From a virus, in the IMG/VR virus record IMGVR_UViG_3300043486_000003, positions 1-48,673 of that record: 48,673 bases of DNA; one strand, written 5' to 3'. Made by a program: the position numbers and the translations under genes. Each line of letters starts with the position of its first letter. The first letter of the stretch is position 1. The notes beneath the pieces were generated by a model, which did not search any database, was not told the origin of the DNA, and saw only the letters and a list, made by a program, of their open reading frames with translations. This document shows, in pieces, positions 15,973-23,651 of this stretch.

Positions 15973-16557
15973 TCAGTCGAACGGGTCCGGCTCTGGATTG
16001 GCCTTCAGCCAGGCAACAGCGAGCGCCTGATCGGCCTTCGCCTGAACTGGGTCAGCGGCACGGCCGATAGCCCATGGCCGGTTCGTCGACCCAGGCTTGG
16101 CCTTGAGCTTCATCACCCTGCCGAAAGTTTTGCCACCTTCCGAGAGCTGATCCAGTTGTCCGACGATCACCGTGTGATTGGTGTACATGGCAGGAATCAA
16201 GGCGCTGGCCGTGTTCGGCACGATCGGGGGATCAAACAGGCCGGTAACCTCTCCTTCCTTGTTCAGCGCTTCCAACAAGGTTGGACCATCAAGGACGATA
16301 ACATCCACCTTCCAACGGTCAGAGGGCGGGTTGTTGGCGAACTGTGACTTGACATTCCGCTCTACCGACTTCGGACGGAAAATGCACAGGCGACCTGTGC
16401 TGTCCAGGAACTGTTCCTGGTCCCCATCCTTGTCGTAAACGAGCGAATGCTTCTCCGCTCCCGTCCCCAACTGGGCCATGGTGGGGTACTTCTTGGTCGG
16501 CGCAGTAGGGACGGCATCAAACGGATCTTCCGGTTCGACATTCTTCGCTGTAGCCAT
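15973..16557 (-). CDS. hypothetical protein (194 aa); ends in an acidic PEPDPFD tail (possible SSB-like partner-binding tip)
   Basis: The internal ATG (MATAKNVEPEDPFD...) is chosen because the tracked N-terminal 40 codons cover the tRNA-like element and read as low-complexity basic sequence. I recognised no OB-fold motif. Confidence 0.55.
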   Translation of the reverse strand: MATAKNVEPEDPFDAVPTAPTKKYPTMAQLGTGAEKHSLVYDKDGDQEQFLDSTGRLCIFRPKSVERNVKSQFANNPPSDRWKVDVIVLDGPTLLEALNKEGEVTGLFDPPIVPNTASALIPAMYTNHTVIVGQLDQLSEGGKTFGRVMKLKAKPGSTNRPWAIGRAADPVQAKADQALAVAWLKANPEPDPFD

Positions 16558-16645
16558 GTTCTCGTGTCTCGTTTCTCGTGTCCGGTTTCCTAGGGTGCGG
16601 TTCCTAGATTTATAGACTTCTGTATACCGCCAACTTTTAGTCTCG

Positions 16646-16714
16646 TGTCCGGCCCGGAGTTGAACCGGGATCATCAAGTTTCCTTGCCCTACTCTATCGT
16701 TGAGCTACCGGACT
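16646..16714 (-). ncRNA. tRNA-like element lacking an anticodon loop
   Basis: The - strand reads AGTCCGG-TA-GCTC-AACGATA-GAGT-A-GGG-CAAG-GAAA-CTTG-ATGAT-CCCGG-TTCAACT-CCGGG-CCGGACA. The acceptor (6 bp plus an A:A mismatch), D arm and T arm (TTCAACT loop) are canonical. The anticodon arm is replaced by a 4-bp stem with a GAAA loop. Confidence 0.35.
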
Positions 16715-16750
16715 CCCTACCCTGTACCTTCAGGGGAGCTTTAGCGAGAA

Positions 16751-16912
16751 TTAATCACGCATTCTCATTCCACCACCGAAAACAGGCCGGAGTACCGCAC
16801 GACGGACATCAACCTCAAAGTAGTCAACCAGATAGGCGCACGTGCCATCCATCAGGTTGTCCACGATGATGAGGAAGTCTTCTGCCGATACTCCGGCCGT
16901 TTCCGGGTCCAT
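16751..16912 (-). CDS. hypothetical protein (53 aa; MDPETAGVSAEDFLIIVDNLMDGTCAYLVDYFEVD...)
   Basis: It is absent from the track. It has a TAATG overlap with the upstream gene, and its sequence looks like a plausible globular protein. Confidence 0.45.
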   Translation of the reverse strand: MDPETAGVSAEDFLIIVDNLMDGTCAYLVDYFEVDVRRAVLRPVFGGGMRMRD

Positions 16913-17427
16913 TACGCGCGCCGAGAAGCGAACCGGCCGCCCCGGGCACGAGGAACATCTTCCTCATTGGCCTTCTCCGAACCCGAGAACACGTTCTCTC
17001 CGAGCAAGCTCTCGTTCCGAGCTTCGGCCACGGCGGCCGTGATGTCGGGGTCATCTGACTCGGTCGGCTCAGAGAAAGCTGCCACATCCGTCTCAGTGTC
17101 AAGAGCCTCTTGCCCTTCGACATTGTCAGCATCCTTACGGGGCCGCCCACCCCGAGTCTCGGCATAGTCGTCAGGAACGACCTTAGCCTCACGAGTCGGG
17201 GTGTTCTTCTCTTCGTCGGTCTCGCCGAACACCCGAAGCATCTTGGCGTAGGTCTCCCGATCGGCGACCAGAGCCTCAACCTTCAGTTTCGCGAGCTCAA
17301 CACGAGCGGCCCCACGGTTCCGCTGCGAGGTAGCGTCCATCAGTTCCTTCTCCGCAGTGTCGAGACGACTGTCACGGATCGCCAGACTCTTCCGGGCATC
17401 CTTGAGGATAGCGGCATTACTTGGCAT
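16912..17427 (-). CDS. hypothetical protein with N-terminal coiled coil and acidic C-terminal half
   Basis: This tracked ORF has CATCGACAAACAGGAG upstream of its ATG. Confidence 0.65.
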   Translation of the reverse strand: MPSNAAILKDARKSLAIRDSRLDTAEKELMDATSQRNRGAARVELAKLKVEALVADRETYAKMLRVFGETDEEKNTPTREAKVVPDDYAETRGGRPRKDADNVEGQEALDTETDVAAFSEPTESDDPDITAAVAEARNESLLGENVFSGSEKANEEDVPRARGGRFASRRA

Positions 17428-17490
17428 GGTGTACTCCTGTTTGTCGATGGGTGAGATCTTTGATCCACGGTTGGAACCTACATGTGAAAC

Positions 17491-17793
17491 CTACACCCTG
17501 TGCAGTGCTTGGCGCAACTCCGCTTGACGTTTCTCGTGTGCGAGTTCTCCACCGGTACTTTCGTTACAGGGGCCACAGGCTGGCCGGAGGTTCGATCGGA
17601 CGTACTTCCCTCCTAGGACACCGGGGATGATCCGATCACGCGTCAGATCGTCGTACAGCAGGGGAACGGCACACCTGTAGCACGTGGTCAGCTCACCATC
17701 GCCGTACTCGGCCAACAGCCACAACTTTTGGGCACGTCGGTCGTAAGAGCTGCCAGAGCTGTTCCCATTGGAAACTCCGCGTGTACACGTCAC
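17491..17793 (-). CDS. HNH endonuclease
   Basis: CYRCAVPL...DRIIPGVLGGKY...NLRPACGPCNESTG matches the HNH pattern. It has a GTGA overlap with the upstream gene. Confidence 0.7.
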   Translation of the reverse strand: MTCTRGVSNGNSSGSSYDRRAQKLWLLAEYGDGELTTCYRCAVPLLYDDLTRDRIIPGVLGGKYVRSNLRPACGPCNESTGGELAHEKRQAELRQALHRV

Positions 17794-18035
17794 ACTATGT
17801 CCTCAGCCCGGACCACAGGCTCTAGCTGTGGAGCTCGGGTGTAGGGGACCATTTGATACTTGATCCGCCATCTTTCGGCGGTTGCCTGAGAATCGAACAC
17901 GCCAAGAAAACTACTATGGGGGTACCCGAGCACAACCCATACCTCTTTATGAGGGGGGAGCTGGCTACGGATCAAAGCCGACATGTCCGCCTCGGCTGTG
18001 GGAACTTCCTCTGGTTTAAACCAATAGAAACTCAT
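17790..18035 (-). CDS. hypothetical protein (81 aa)
   Basis: This tracked ORF has an ATGA overlap with the upstream gene. Confidence 0.6.
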   Translation of the reverse strand: MSFYWFKPEEVPTAEADMSALIRSQLPPHKEVWVVLGYPHSSFLGVFDSQATAERWRIKYQMVPYTRAPQLEPVVRAEDIV

Positions 18036-18310
18036 AGCCTTCCCTCCCCACGTAAATACTTTTCTACTTCTATAACCATAGATTTAAAGTTTCGCTCAGG
18101 ACTATGTATACTTTCATGATCATAGTTGCCCGTCATTGCTTGCGCTGCGATGGTAGCGGCATCTAGTCGAATCTGATACTCATTATATTCAGCCAATTTA
18201 GACTGATACTCCTTAGATTCAGATTCAAAAATAGAAGCTCTTGTCCCGTATAAAGGTTTATAGTGAGTACATACCGGTGCACCAGATACTACACAAACAT
18301 CACACATCAT
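18032..18310 (-). CDS. hypothetical protein (92 aa), A+T-rich gene
   Basis: This tracked ORF has an ATGA overlap with the exonuclease stop. Confidence 0.55.
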   Translation of the reverse strand: MMCDVCVVSGAPVCTHYKPLYGTRASIFESESKEYQSKLAEYNEYQIRLDAATIAAQAMTGNYDHESIHSPERNFKSMVIEVEKYLRGEGRL

Positions 18311-19512
18311 GATGATTTCTCTTCCTTAATCTGCTGTAGCCGAATCTCGGATGCCTTCTGCACAGCTGGGGTGAGCTTATCTACGGCTAGAGCGTCAAGA
18401 TATGCAGCACTCAATTCTTCTGCTGTAGTGCACGCCTGGATACGCCGAAGGTAACCAATTTCCGGGACATTAACAGGTACCGGCAGAATTTCTTTATTCA
18501 CAAAATCGTTGATTACTTTCATAGGCTGTTGATCAGACCAGTAGCCCACTTCATCAATCTCACTAAGCACCGATAGAGGCAACCTGAGACCGTTGTTCTT
18601 CCGCTTGGACTTGTTCCGGTACCGGCGAGCAGCACCGACAACCTGAGCTGCGATCCAGCCATCGGCAATATTGATAGGGATAATCTGTGCTTTCTCAGGA
18701 GCATTGATCGGTACCCACGTGATCGTAGCGACGTCCTTACGAATGTTCTCTGGAGCGTGCACCCAACCCCAGGTGTTGGCTTCCGGGTCACTGGGCCGGT
18801 AGTGCCACTCGGCATTGGCATAGATGGCAAGCTGAATGGCAATCTCATCCATACCTTCCGGAGCTTCCTTGCCAGTCTTGGTGTCATCAACCATTAGCCA
18901 ACCGGAGGGACCTCGGCGAAGGTTATCAAACCTACCGGCAATACCGTTATGGATCTTGAGCGTGAGAACGATCTGCTCAACATAGTTCGGCTGATAGGTA
19001 AGCGCAGAAGCCTTGTGCATCCGGATGAAAGCTTCCATGTGAGGCCGCCATTCCTCTGGAATGTCCCGGAGAGAGATGGTCCCGGCTTCATACTGCTCAC
19101 GCCAAGCATGGAAAGCCGTACCAAGATGCGAGCCAGAGTCGGCCTTATCCCGGTCCCATCCTTTGATGGCGACGTCGTACCACGGCATCCACCATCCTTT
19201 AGGACGGTACTCCATCTCTTCCTCGGGCATAGGGATGGAGTTAGCCAGAGCATAAAGGTCACGATTTTTGCTGATCGTCAGGGCTGTCATAGCGGTACGC
19301 CAATGACTCAGGATAGTTTCATCGGCGATCGTGCTACCCCAACCAGATGCCCTGGTGAACCGAGTCTGCTTCCCAGTTAGTGGATGAGGGAGGTAGTACG
19401 ATGCTCCATCCACCCGAACCTGATTGACTGCTGCTGCCCCAATCTCCTCAAAGGGGTTTTCGTCATCGTCGGTATAGCCTGGAGCAAGTTCATCGAACGT
19501 TGGCTCAGTCAC
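18307..19512 (-). CDS. PD-(D/E)XK (RecB/Cas4-like) exonuclease
   Basis: GRFDNL, MVDDTKTGK and IQLAIYANAE match the nuclease motifs II, III and QxxxY. The GTG start follows AGGAGATAAG. Confidence 0.75.
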   Translation of the reverse strand: MTEPTFDELAPGYTDDDENPFEEIGAAAVNQVRVDGASYYLPHPLTGKQTRFTRASGWGSTIADETILSHWRTAMTALTISKNRDLYALANSIPMPEEEMEYRPKGWWMPWYDVAIKGWDRDKADSGSHLGTAFHAWREQYEAGTISLRDIPEEWRPHMEAFIRMHKASALTYQPNYVEQIVLTLKIHNGIAGRFDNLRRGPSGWLMVDDTKTGKEAPEGMDEIAIQLAIYANAEWHYRPSDPEANTWGWVHAPENIRKDVATITWVPINAPEKAQIIPINIADGWIAAQVVGAARRYRNKSKRKNNGLRLPLSVLSEIDEVGYWSDQQPMKVINDFVNKEILPVPVNVPEIGYLRRIQACTTAEELSAAYLDALAVDKLTPAVQKASEIRLQQIKEEKSS

Positions 19513-19513
19513 C

Positions 19514-19636
19514 TTATCTCCTGACTTTGGAAGATGCTAGATGGTAGGCACCAGTGCTCCAATAAGCCTCTGCACGTGCAAACTTTTTCCTGTGGTCAGG
19601 ATCATTCATAATGGGACCGGAAAGGTACACCTTCAT
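19514..19636 (-). CDS. short ORF (40 aa) resembling only the N-terminus of DUF4406/nucleoside deoxyribosyltransferase-like proteins
   Basis: It has an ATGA overlap with the upstream gene and begins MKVYLSGPIMNDPDHRKKFARAEAYW, then ends early. It may be a truncated remnant. Confidence 0.35.
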   Translation of the reverse strand: MKVYLSGPIMNDPDHRKKFARAEAYWSTGAYHLASSKVRR

Positions 19637-19637
19637 G

Positions 19638-20012
19638 TCATACCTTCCTAAACGGATCGTCGGGAAGAGTCTTGCCATCAAGTCGATCGACCCAGGCCGA
19701 GGTTACAGCCATGACTTGAATCAATTCAGCTCGGAGTTTTGAATCATCTTGATCATAAGTGAGTGCCCGGTTTACTCTACCTGATGACTTCACTAAACGA
19801 ACTAGAAGCAATGTCTCAAACTCCTCAGCTACCTCTCCGATTTCTTCCCCCAGAATGGGCAGCATGGCAGCATTACTAGCTACGGGATTGATCTCGAATA
19901 AATCTAAAAGCATTTCTCCTATACCCCGTATCACTCCCAACAGTGCTAGCCGTATACCTCGTATCAATGATCCTGATCCGATAAACTTAATCACTTCCTT
20001 TGGAGTAACCAT
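19638..20012 (-). CDS. possible MazG-like nucleotide pyrophosphohydrolase
   Basis: ILGEEIGEVAEEFE and a later ELIQVMAVTSAWV resemble all-alpha NTP-PPase helices. This is a weak call. CGCCGACAGAGGAAG lies upstream. Confidence 0.4.
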   Translation of the reverse strand: MVTPKEVIKFIGSGSLIRGIRLALLGVIRGIGEMLLDLFEINPVASNAAMLPILGEEIGEVAEEFETLLLVRLVKSSGRVNRALTYDQDDSKLRAELIQVMAVTSAWVDRLDGKTLPDDPFRKV

Positions 20013-20014
20013 GA

Positions 20015-21784
20015 TCAGTCTTCCTCTGTCGGCGGTTTCGGTCGCCAGCCATCCAATTTGGCTGAGGCCATTTCGTAGTCGATCATTGGACTCAGATCAC
20101 GTTTGGTGATGTCATCCGGGAACACAATCCCGAGATTGTGTGCGAAACTCTTTTGTGCGTCGGTAGCAGGCTCTTTACGGCGCTTCCAAGAGGCGTGCTT
20201 ACGAGCGAACGTACCGACCAGATCAATCTCTTCTGCTTCCCTCTCAGCCATCGCCATGGCGTAGCCAAGCTCTAGCCCACTCCCGAGCTTCTTGCCCTTA
20301 CGAGCGGGAGCCTTACCAGACCAAATCGTGCCGAGCATGTAAGTGGTGTCTGGTGCGGTTGTCTCAGGGTAGATGACGATGTACCAATCACCAGTAGGAA
20401 TATAAATGTTTCCTTTCTTAGTGCGAGAGAAGGCAAACACTGAACTGGTGAAAAGATTGATATCCTCAGCATGAAGGTTGGAATCCTTACCGTGATGAAT
20501 GAATGAACTACCGGAAGCCTCTTTCTCTTCCCGTTCAGCTGCCTGCTTGAGTGTCTCATCTTCCTTGATTTCCTTGATCGGAGTACTGGTCAAGTCCACC
20601 ATAGAAGCAAGCTTGTGACGGTTCGTCGATCCACCGATGTCCAGTACAAGAAGATCCGTCTTGGGCTTACGAATCCACGGATAAGGGGAATGTTCGTCAT
20701 GCAGCCCCCATAGCCGGGTGCCTCGTCCGATCATCTGGGTGTATAGAATCGGGCTCATGACTGAGCCAGCGAGGATCACGCACGAGATCTGAGGCATATC
20801 AAAACCGAGCGTAAGCACCCGGACATTCACCAGAACCTGAGTCTCACCTATCCGCACTCGCTTGAAGATAAGCTGACGTTCCTCGATCGGGGTAGATCCA
20901 ACGACGTATTCAGCAGTGATGCCAGCCAATGCCAGATCTTCGGTAATCTTGATAGCAGAGGCGACGTTGGGTGCGTTAATAATAGTCGTTCGATCGGATG
21001 CATGCTCTTTGATAGCTAGTGCAGCTACGGTACCGGCATCATGGTTAATCAGAGCGGCGCCGAGCTCGTCAACATCATACTCACCACCCTTGACGCGAAT
21101 GTCATCGGTCAGATTATCGATAGTGATCCGCTTACCTCGGATGTCCACCAGGTAATGGTTAGCGATAGCCCAAAGGATATCTTTCTGATAGACCGCTCCG
21201 GTCCTAGTGTCAGCTCGCTCGAACACATCTCCGAGCCCACCTTTGATCCTGGTGAGGGTGGCAGAGAAACCAGCCACCTTGGTCCCCCGCTGGTGATCGT
21301 AGGCACCGAAGTATTCGAGAGCATCGGTGTACGAGCGAGCTCCGGCTAGGTGGGCTTCATCAACGATGATCAGACCGAAATGGTCTGACGGGATCATCTC
21401 TAGACGTTTACGATCCTTCCGGCCGATCGTCTGAATAGAGATAATGACGACATCATTATAAAGGCCATCGGCATCCAGCAATTCATTCCGTTCGGCCTTG
21501 ACCACGCCGATAGTAAGATCGGAGTTAACCGAGTGCATGGCTTTTACGGTCTGCTTGACCAGTTCGTCACGGTCGACCAGTACAGCAACGTAGCCCACTT
21601 TCTGTTGCTGCCATTCGGTGTCAACGTACGCAGCGCTCAGATACATATCCGCCATGGTAGAGAAAATGAATGTCTTACCGACACCGGTAGGGAGTTCACT
21701 CCCGCCACGCTGATGCTCACGGAAAAAGTCGTTGAATGCTTCGATACACTCCGTCTGATACGGACGAGGCTTAAGCAGACTCAT
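20015..21784 (-). CDS. SF2 DEAD/DEAH-box helicase (ResIII + helicase C)
   Basis: Walker A is LPTGVGKT, with DEAH in IIVDEAHLAG, and motif VI is QMIGRGTR. A C-terminal extension of ~170 aa is unassigned. Confidence 0.85.
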   Translation of the reverse strand: MSLLKPRPYQTECIEAFNDFFREHQRGGSELPTGVGKTFIFSTMADMYLSAAYVDTEWQQQKVGYVAVLVDRDELVKQTVKAMHSVNSDLTIGVVKAERNELLDADGLYNDVVIISIQTIGRKDRKRLEMIPSDHFGLIIVDEAHLAGARSYTDALEYFGAYDHQRGTKVAGFSATLTRIKGGLGDVFERADTRTGAVYQKDILWAIANHYLVDIRGKRITIDNLTDDIRVKGGEYDVDELGAALINHDAGTVAALAIKEHASDRTTIINAPNVASAIKITEDLALAGITAEYVVGSTPIEERQLIFKRVRIGETQVLVNVRVLTLGFDMPQISCVILAGSVMSPILYTQMIGRGTRLWGLHDEHSPYPWIRKPKTDLLVLDIGGSTNRHKLASMVDLTSTPIKEIKEDETLKQAAEREEKEASGSSFIHHGKDSNLHAEDINLFTSSVFAFSRTKKGNIYIPTGDWYIVIYPETTAPDTTYMLGTIWSGKAPARKGKKLGSGLELGYAMAMAEREAEEIDLVGTFARKHASWKRRKEPATDAQKSFAHNLGIVFPDDITKRDLSPMIDYEMASAKLDGWRPKPPTEED

Positions 21785-21981
21785 TCTGGAATCTCCTCAA
21801 GCTCACTCGCGTATGCCCACGCAGTGCTGGAATTATGTCCTGGCATGTCCCGATCCAAGCGCACTACCCACGCATGTATCGATGCTGTACTTTCATGGTC
21901 AATAATGCCGGTCTCTCCGTTTAGGTACGCATTTTCATCAAGAATGTTTTTGAACCTGACGTGAGCGCCTACTTCTAACAT
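21781..21981 (-). CDS. hypothetical protein (66 aa)
   Basis: The internal ATG (MLEVGAHVRF...) follows GGGAGGAAGAG. It has a TAATG overlap with the upstream small gene and an ATGA overlap with the helicase. Confidence 0.55.
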   Translation of the reverse strand: MLEVGAHVRFKNILDENAYLNGETGIIDHESTASIHAWVVRLDRDMPGHNSSTAWAYASELEEIPE

Positions 21982-22139
21982 TACTCTTCCTCCCATGCTG
22001 CCGAAAATGATTTGATCTCTCCGGCAAGCAACGCCTTAACCGACTCCTGAACCAGAACTCTAGTATTGGTTACCTGCAAACCATTGTCCTTCACTGTGAT
22101 TGTTAGTACAGAATCGTCCCCGATTTGACGAATAAGCAT
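21981..22139 (-). CDS. hypothetical protein (52 aa; MLIRQIGDDSVLTITVKDNG...)
   Basis: It is absent from the track. CCACCGACAACGATTTAGGAG lies upstream of its ATG. Confidence 0.5.
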   Translation of the reverse strand: MLIRQIGDDSVLTITVKDNGLQVTNTRVLVQESVKALLAGEIKSFSAAWEEE

Positions 22140-22233
22140 ATTCACTTAGCACTCCTAAATCGTTGTCGGTGGATGCTTGCCTGAACGCTACTTGCTCGAA
22201 AGCACTGTGCGTCGCTGGCACTGCACCTTGAGC

Positions 22234-22251
22234 CTACCACAGATGTGGATG
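22234..22251 (-). promoter_or_regulatory. 18-bp repeat CATCCACATCTGTGGTAG (extended -10-like, TGG-TAGGCT)
   Basis: It is identical to the 18-mer at 22858-22875. It contains the inverted repeat CCACA-N2-TGTGG and lies ~95 nt upstream of the 22139 start. Confidence 0.4.
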
Positions 22252-22254
22252 GTT

Positions 22255-22620
22255 TTACGGTCGCATGGGAGGAGAAGAATATTCCTTCACCTCCAGCGGA
22301 GGAAGATCAGTAGGCATGTCCAGCTCCTGCACGATCCGGCGAAGTTCGGTGATCACGAAATCCGGCACCATGTCTGCCTTGCAGGAGAAGCCCGGCCATG
22401 TCCGGGTGTCGCGCCAGTTTTTCGCGTGATCCGGCTTGGTCACTCCTCGGAAACCGTCATAGCCGATCTGTAGCACCCAGTTACCCGACGTCTCCGAACG
22501 GACAATCCGGAACACGATATTGGTGATAGACCATGTACCGCGAACGGCCAGCCAATCGCCAGGCTGAAACTGCATTCTGATAATGATATCGGCATCAACA
22601 TCCGACCGAACCTTAGGCAT
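22255..22620 (-). CDS. hypothetical protein (121 aa)
   Basis: This tracked ORF has a TAATG overlap with the upstream gene. Confidence 0.6.
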   Translation of the reverse strand: MPKVRSDVDADIIIRMQFQPGDWLAVRGTWSITNIVFRIVRSETSGNWVLQIGYDGFRGVTKPDHAKNWRDTRTWPGFSCKADMVPDFVITELRRIVQELDMPTDLPPLEVKEYSSPPMRP

Positions 22621-22811
22621 TACATATTCTCCCGTCGCTTTTTCATGTGAACGAACCTAGCGTCGCTTGACAAATCATCAAGCATGTCTGAAAAGGATTG
22701 AAGTTCCTCCAAACTCATAGTATCGAGCTGCTCATAAGCTTTATCATCGTCTTTGTTCAGCTTGTAAACGAAAACGGTAGTCTTGATAAGCATTTCGTTA
22801 TCGGATGCCAT
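22620..22811 (-). CDS. hypothetical acidic protein (63 aa)
   Basis: This tracked ORF has CCACCGACAAGAGAGG upstream. It is the first gene of the long leftward block. Confidence 0.6.
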   Translation of the reverse strand: MASDNEMLIKTTVFVYKLNKDDDKAYEQLDTMSLEELQSFSDMLDDLSSDARFVHMKKRRENM

Positions 22812-22857
22812 GATGAGACCTCTCTTGTCGGTGGGAACGTGCCTGCTGACCAGGACT

Positions 22858-22875
22858 CTACCACAGATGTGGATG
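22858..22875 (-). promoter_or_regulatory. 18-bp repeat CATCCACATCTGTGGTAG (extended -10-like, TGG-TAGAGT)
   Basis: This is the second copy, ~50 nt upstream of the 22811 start in the divergent control region 22812-22947. Confidence 0.4.
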
Positions 22876-22947
22876 ACGCGCCACTACCTCTGTCGGCCAG
22901 AGTGTGGTACGTTGTCCACTTCTACCTCCACCGACAGGAAGCTGATC

Positions 22948-23157
22948 ATGATCATCAAAGGGGTTCCAGACTCAATCGATCGGAAGGCACTAAGCGAAGC
23001 ACTACGCACACTCGGGATAGACACAACTCTGGTGCACAAAATTGTCATCGGCGAAGAGGGTACGAACCAACGTGGATCAAGTGGTGTGTGCGTAGAAGTA
23101 GTCACTTTTACAGGTCTGGTAAACACCGTATGGATTCCTTTAACAGGACCATATTAA
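22948..23157 (+). CDS. hypothetical protein (69 aa)
   Basis: The ATG lies 6 nt after CCACCGACAGGAAG. It is in frame with tracked ORF 22783, whose N-terminus crosses the divergent promoter region. Confidence 0.55.
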   Translation: MIIKGVPDSIDRKALSEALRTLGIDTTLVHKIVIGEEGTNQRGSSGVCVEVVTFTGLVNTVWIPLTGPY

Positions 23158-23171
23158 AAAGGGGAAAACAC

Positions 23172-23336
23172 ATGCCGGTAACCGGTCAGAAACCCGTTGG
23201 GCACTTGCTCGTCGACGCAGACCCAACCCATGGCATCACAGTTTGGGAATGCGCCGAGTGCGCTGCCCTGATCAACGACGTCAGCGACCACGAGCGCTGG
23301 CACGAGTTCATAAAAAGAGAGGCCGACCATGCGTGA
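23172..23336 (+). CDS. hypothetical protein (54 aa) with a CxxC motif
   Basis: The ATG follows AAAAAGGGGAAAACAC. This is the only plausible part of the 212-aa tracked ORF 22698..23336. Confidence 0.5.
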   Translation: MPVTGQKPVGHLLVDADPTHGITVWECAECAALINDVSDHERWHEFIKREADHA

Positions 23337-23559
23337 TCAAGTATTTTTCAATGATCCGGGCAAGAATACCAAAGACGGACCTAAACACGCATGCTCGGCG
23401 AAATGGTGCAACGTGTGTAAATCACGAGAGGAACGCCAGGAAGCGGAACGGCTTTTCGAACCATTACCTGTCGCACCAGACAGGTTCATGGAAAAAGAAA
23501 AAGAATGGAATCGTAAGTATCCAGAAGAAAAAGGTTATTTCGATTTCAGTCCTGATTAG
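23329..23559 (+). CDS. hypothetical protein (76 aa)
   Basis: This tracked ORF overlaps the upstream gene by 8 nt. Confidence 0.55.
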   Translation: MRDQVFFNDPGKNTKDGPKHACSAKWCNVCKSREERQEAERLFEPLPVAPDRFMEKEKEWNRKYPEEKGYFDFSPD

Positions 23560-23651
23560 ACATGCAGAACAGCGGCTGGAGAGGCTATGCCATCAATCCA
23601 ACCGCTGTTCCGGGCCACCGACAAAGATGCGCCGATAGAAAGGTAACACAG

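Noticed and set aside
15973-16677. The full-length tracked ORF (234 aa) starting at 16677.
   Set aside because: The first 40 codons coincide with the tRNA-like element and direct repeats and translate to low-complexity basic sequence. The internal ATG at 16557 is preferred. Confidence is moderate only, because its RBS is weak.
16646-16714. The tRNA-like sequence as an attP core for tRNA-targeted integration.
   Set aside because: I recognised no integrase, excisionase-integrase pair or repressor anywhere in the genome. The element keeps a full 5' half (acceptor and D arm), which attP cores normally lack.
16824-17279. A 151-aa - strand ORF and several + strand ORFs overlapping 16912..17427.
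   Set aside because: These are alternative frames of the same region with Arg/Pro-rich low-complexity products. The chosen frame has the start-associated motif, an RBS and coiled-coil character.
22698-23336. A 212-aa + strand ORF spanning the divergent control region.
   Set aside because: It runs antisense through the start of the 22620..22811 gene and across both promoters. Only its last 54 codons (23172..23336) have an RBS and a plausible protein sequence.
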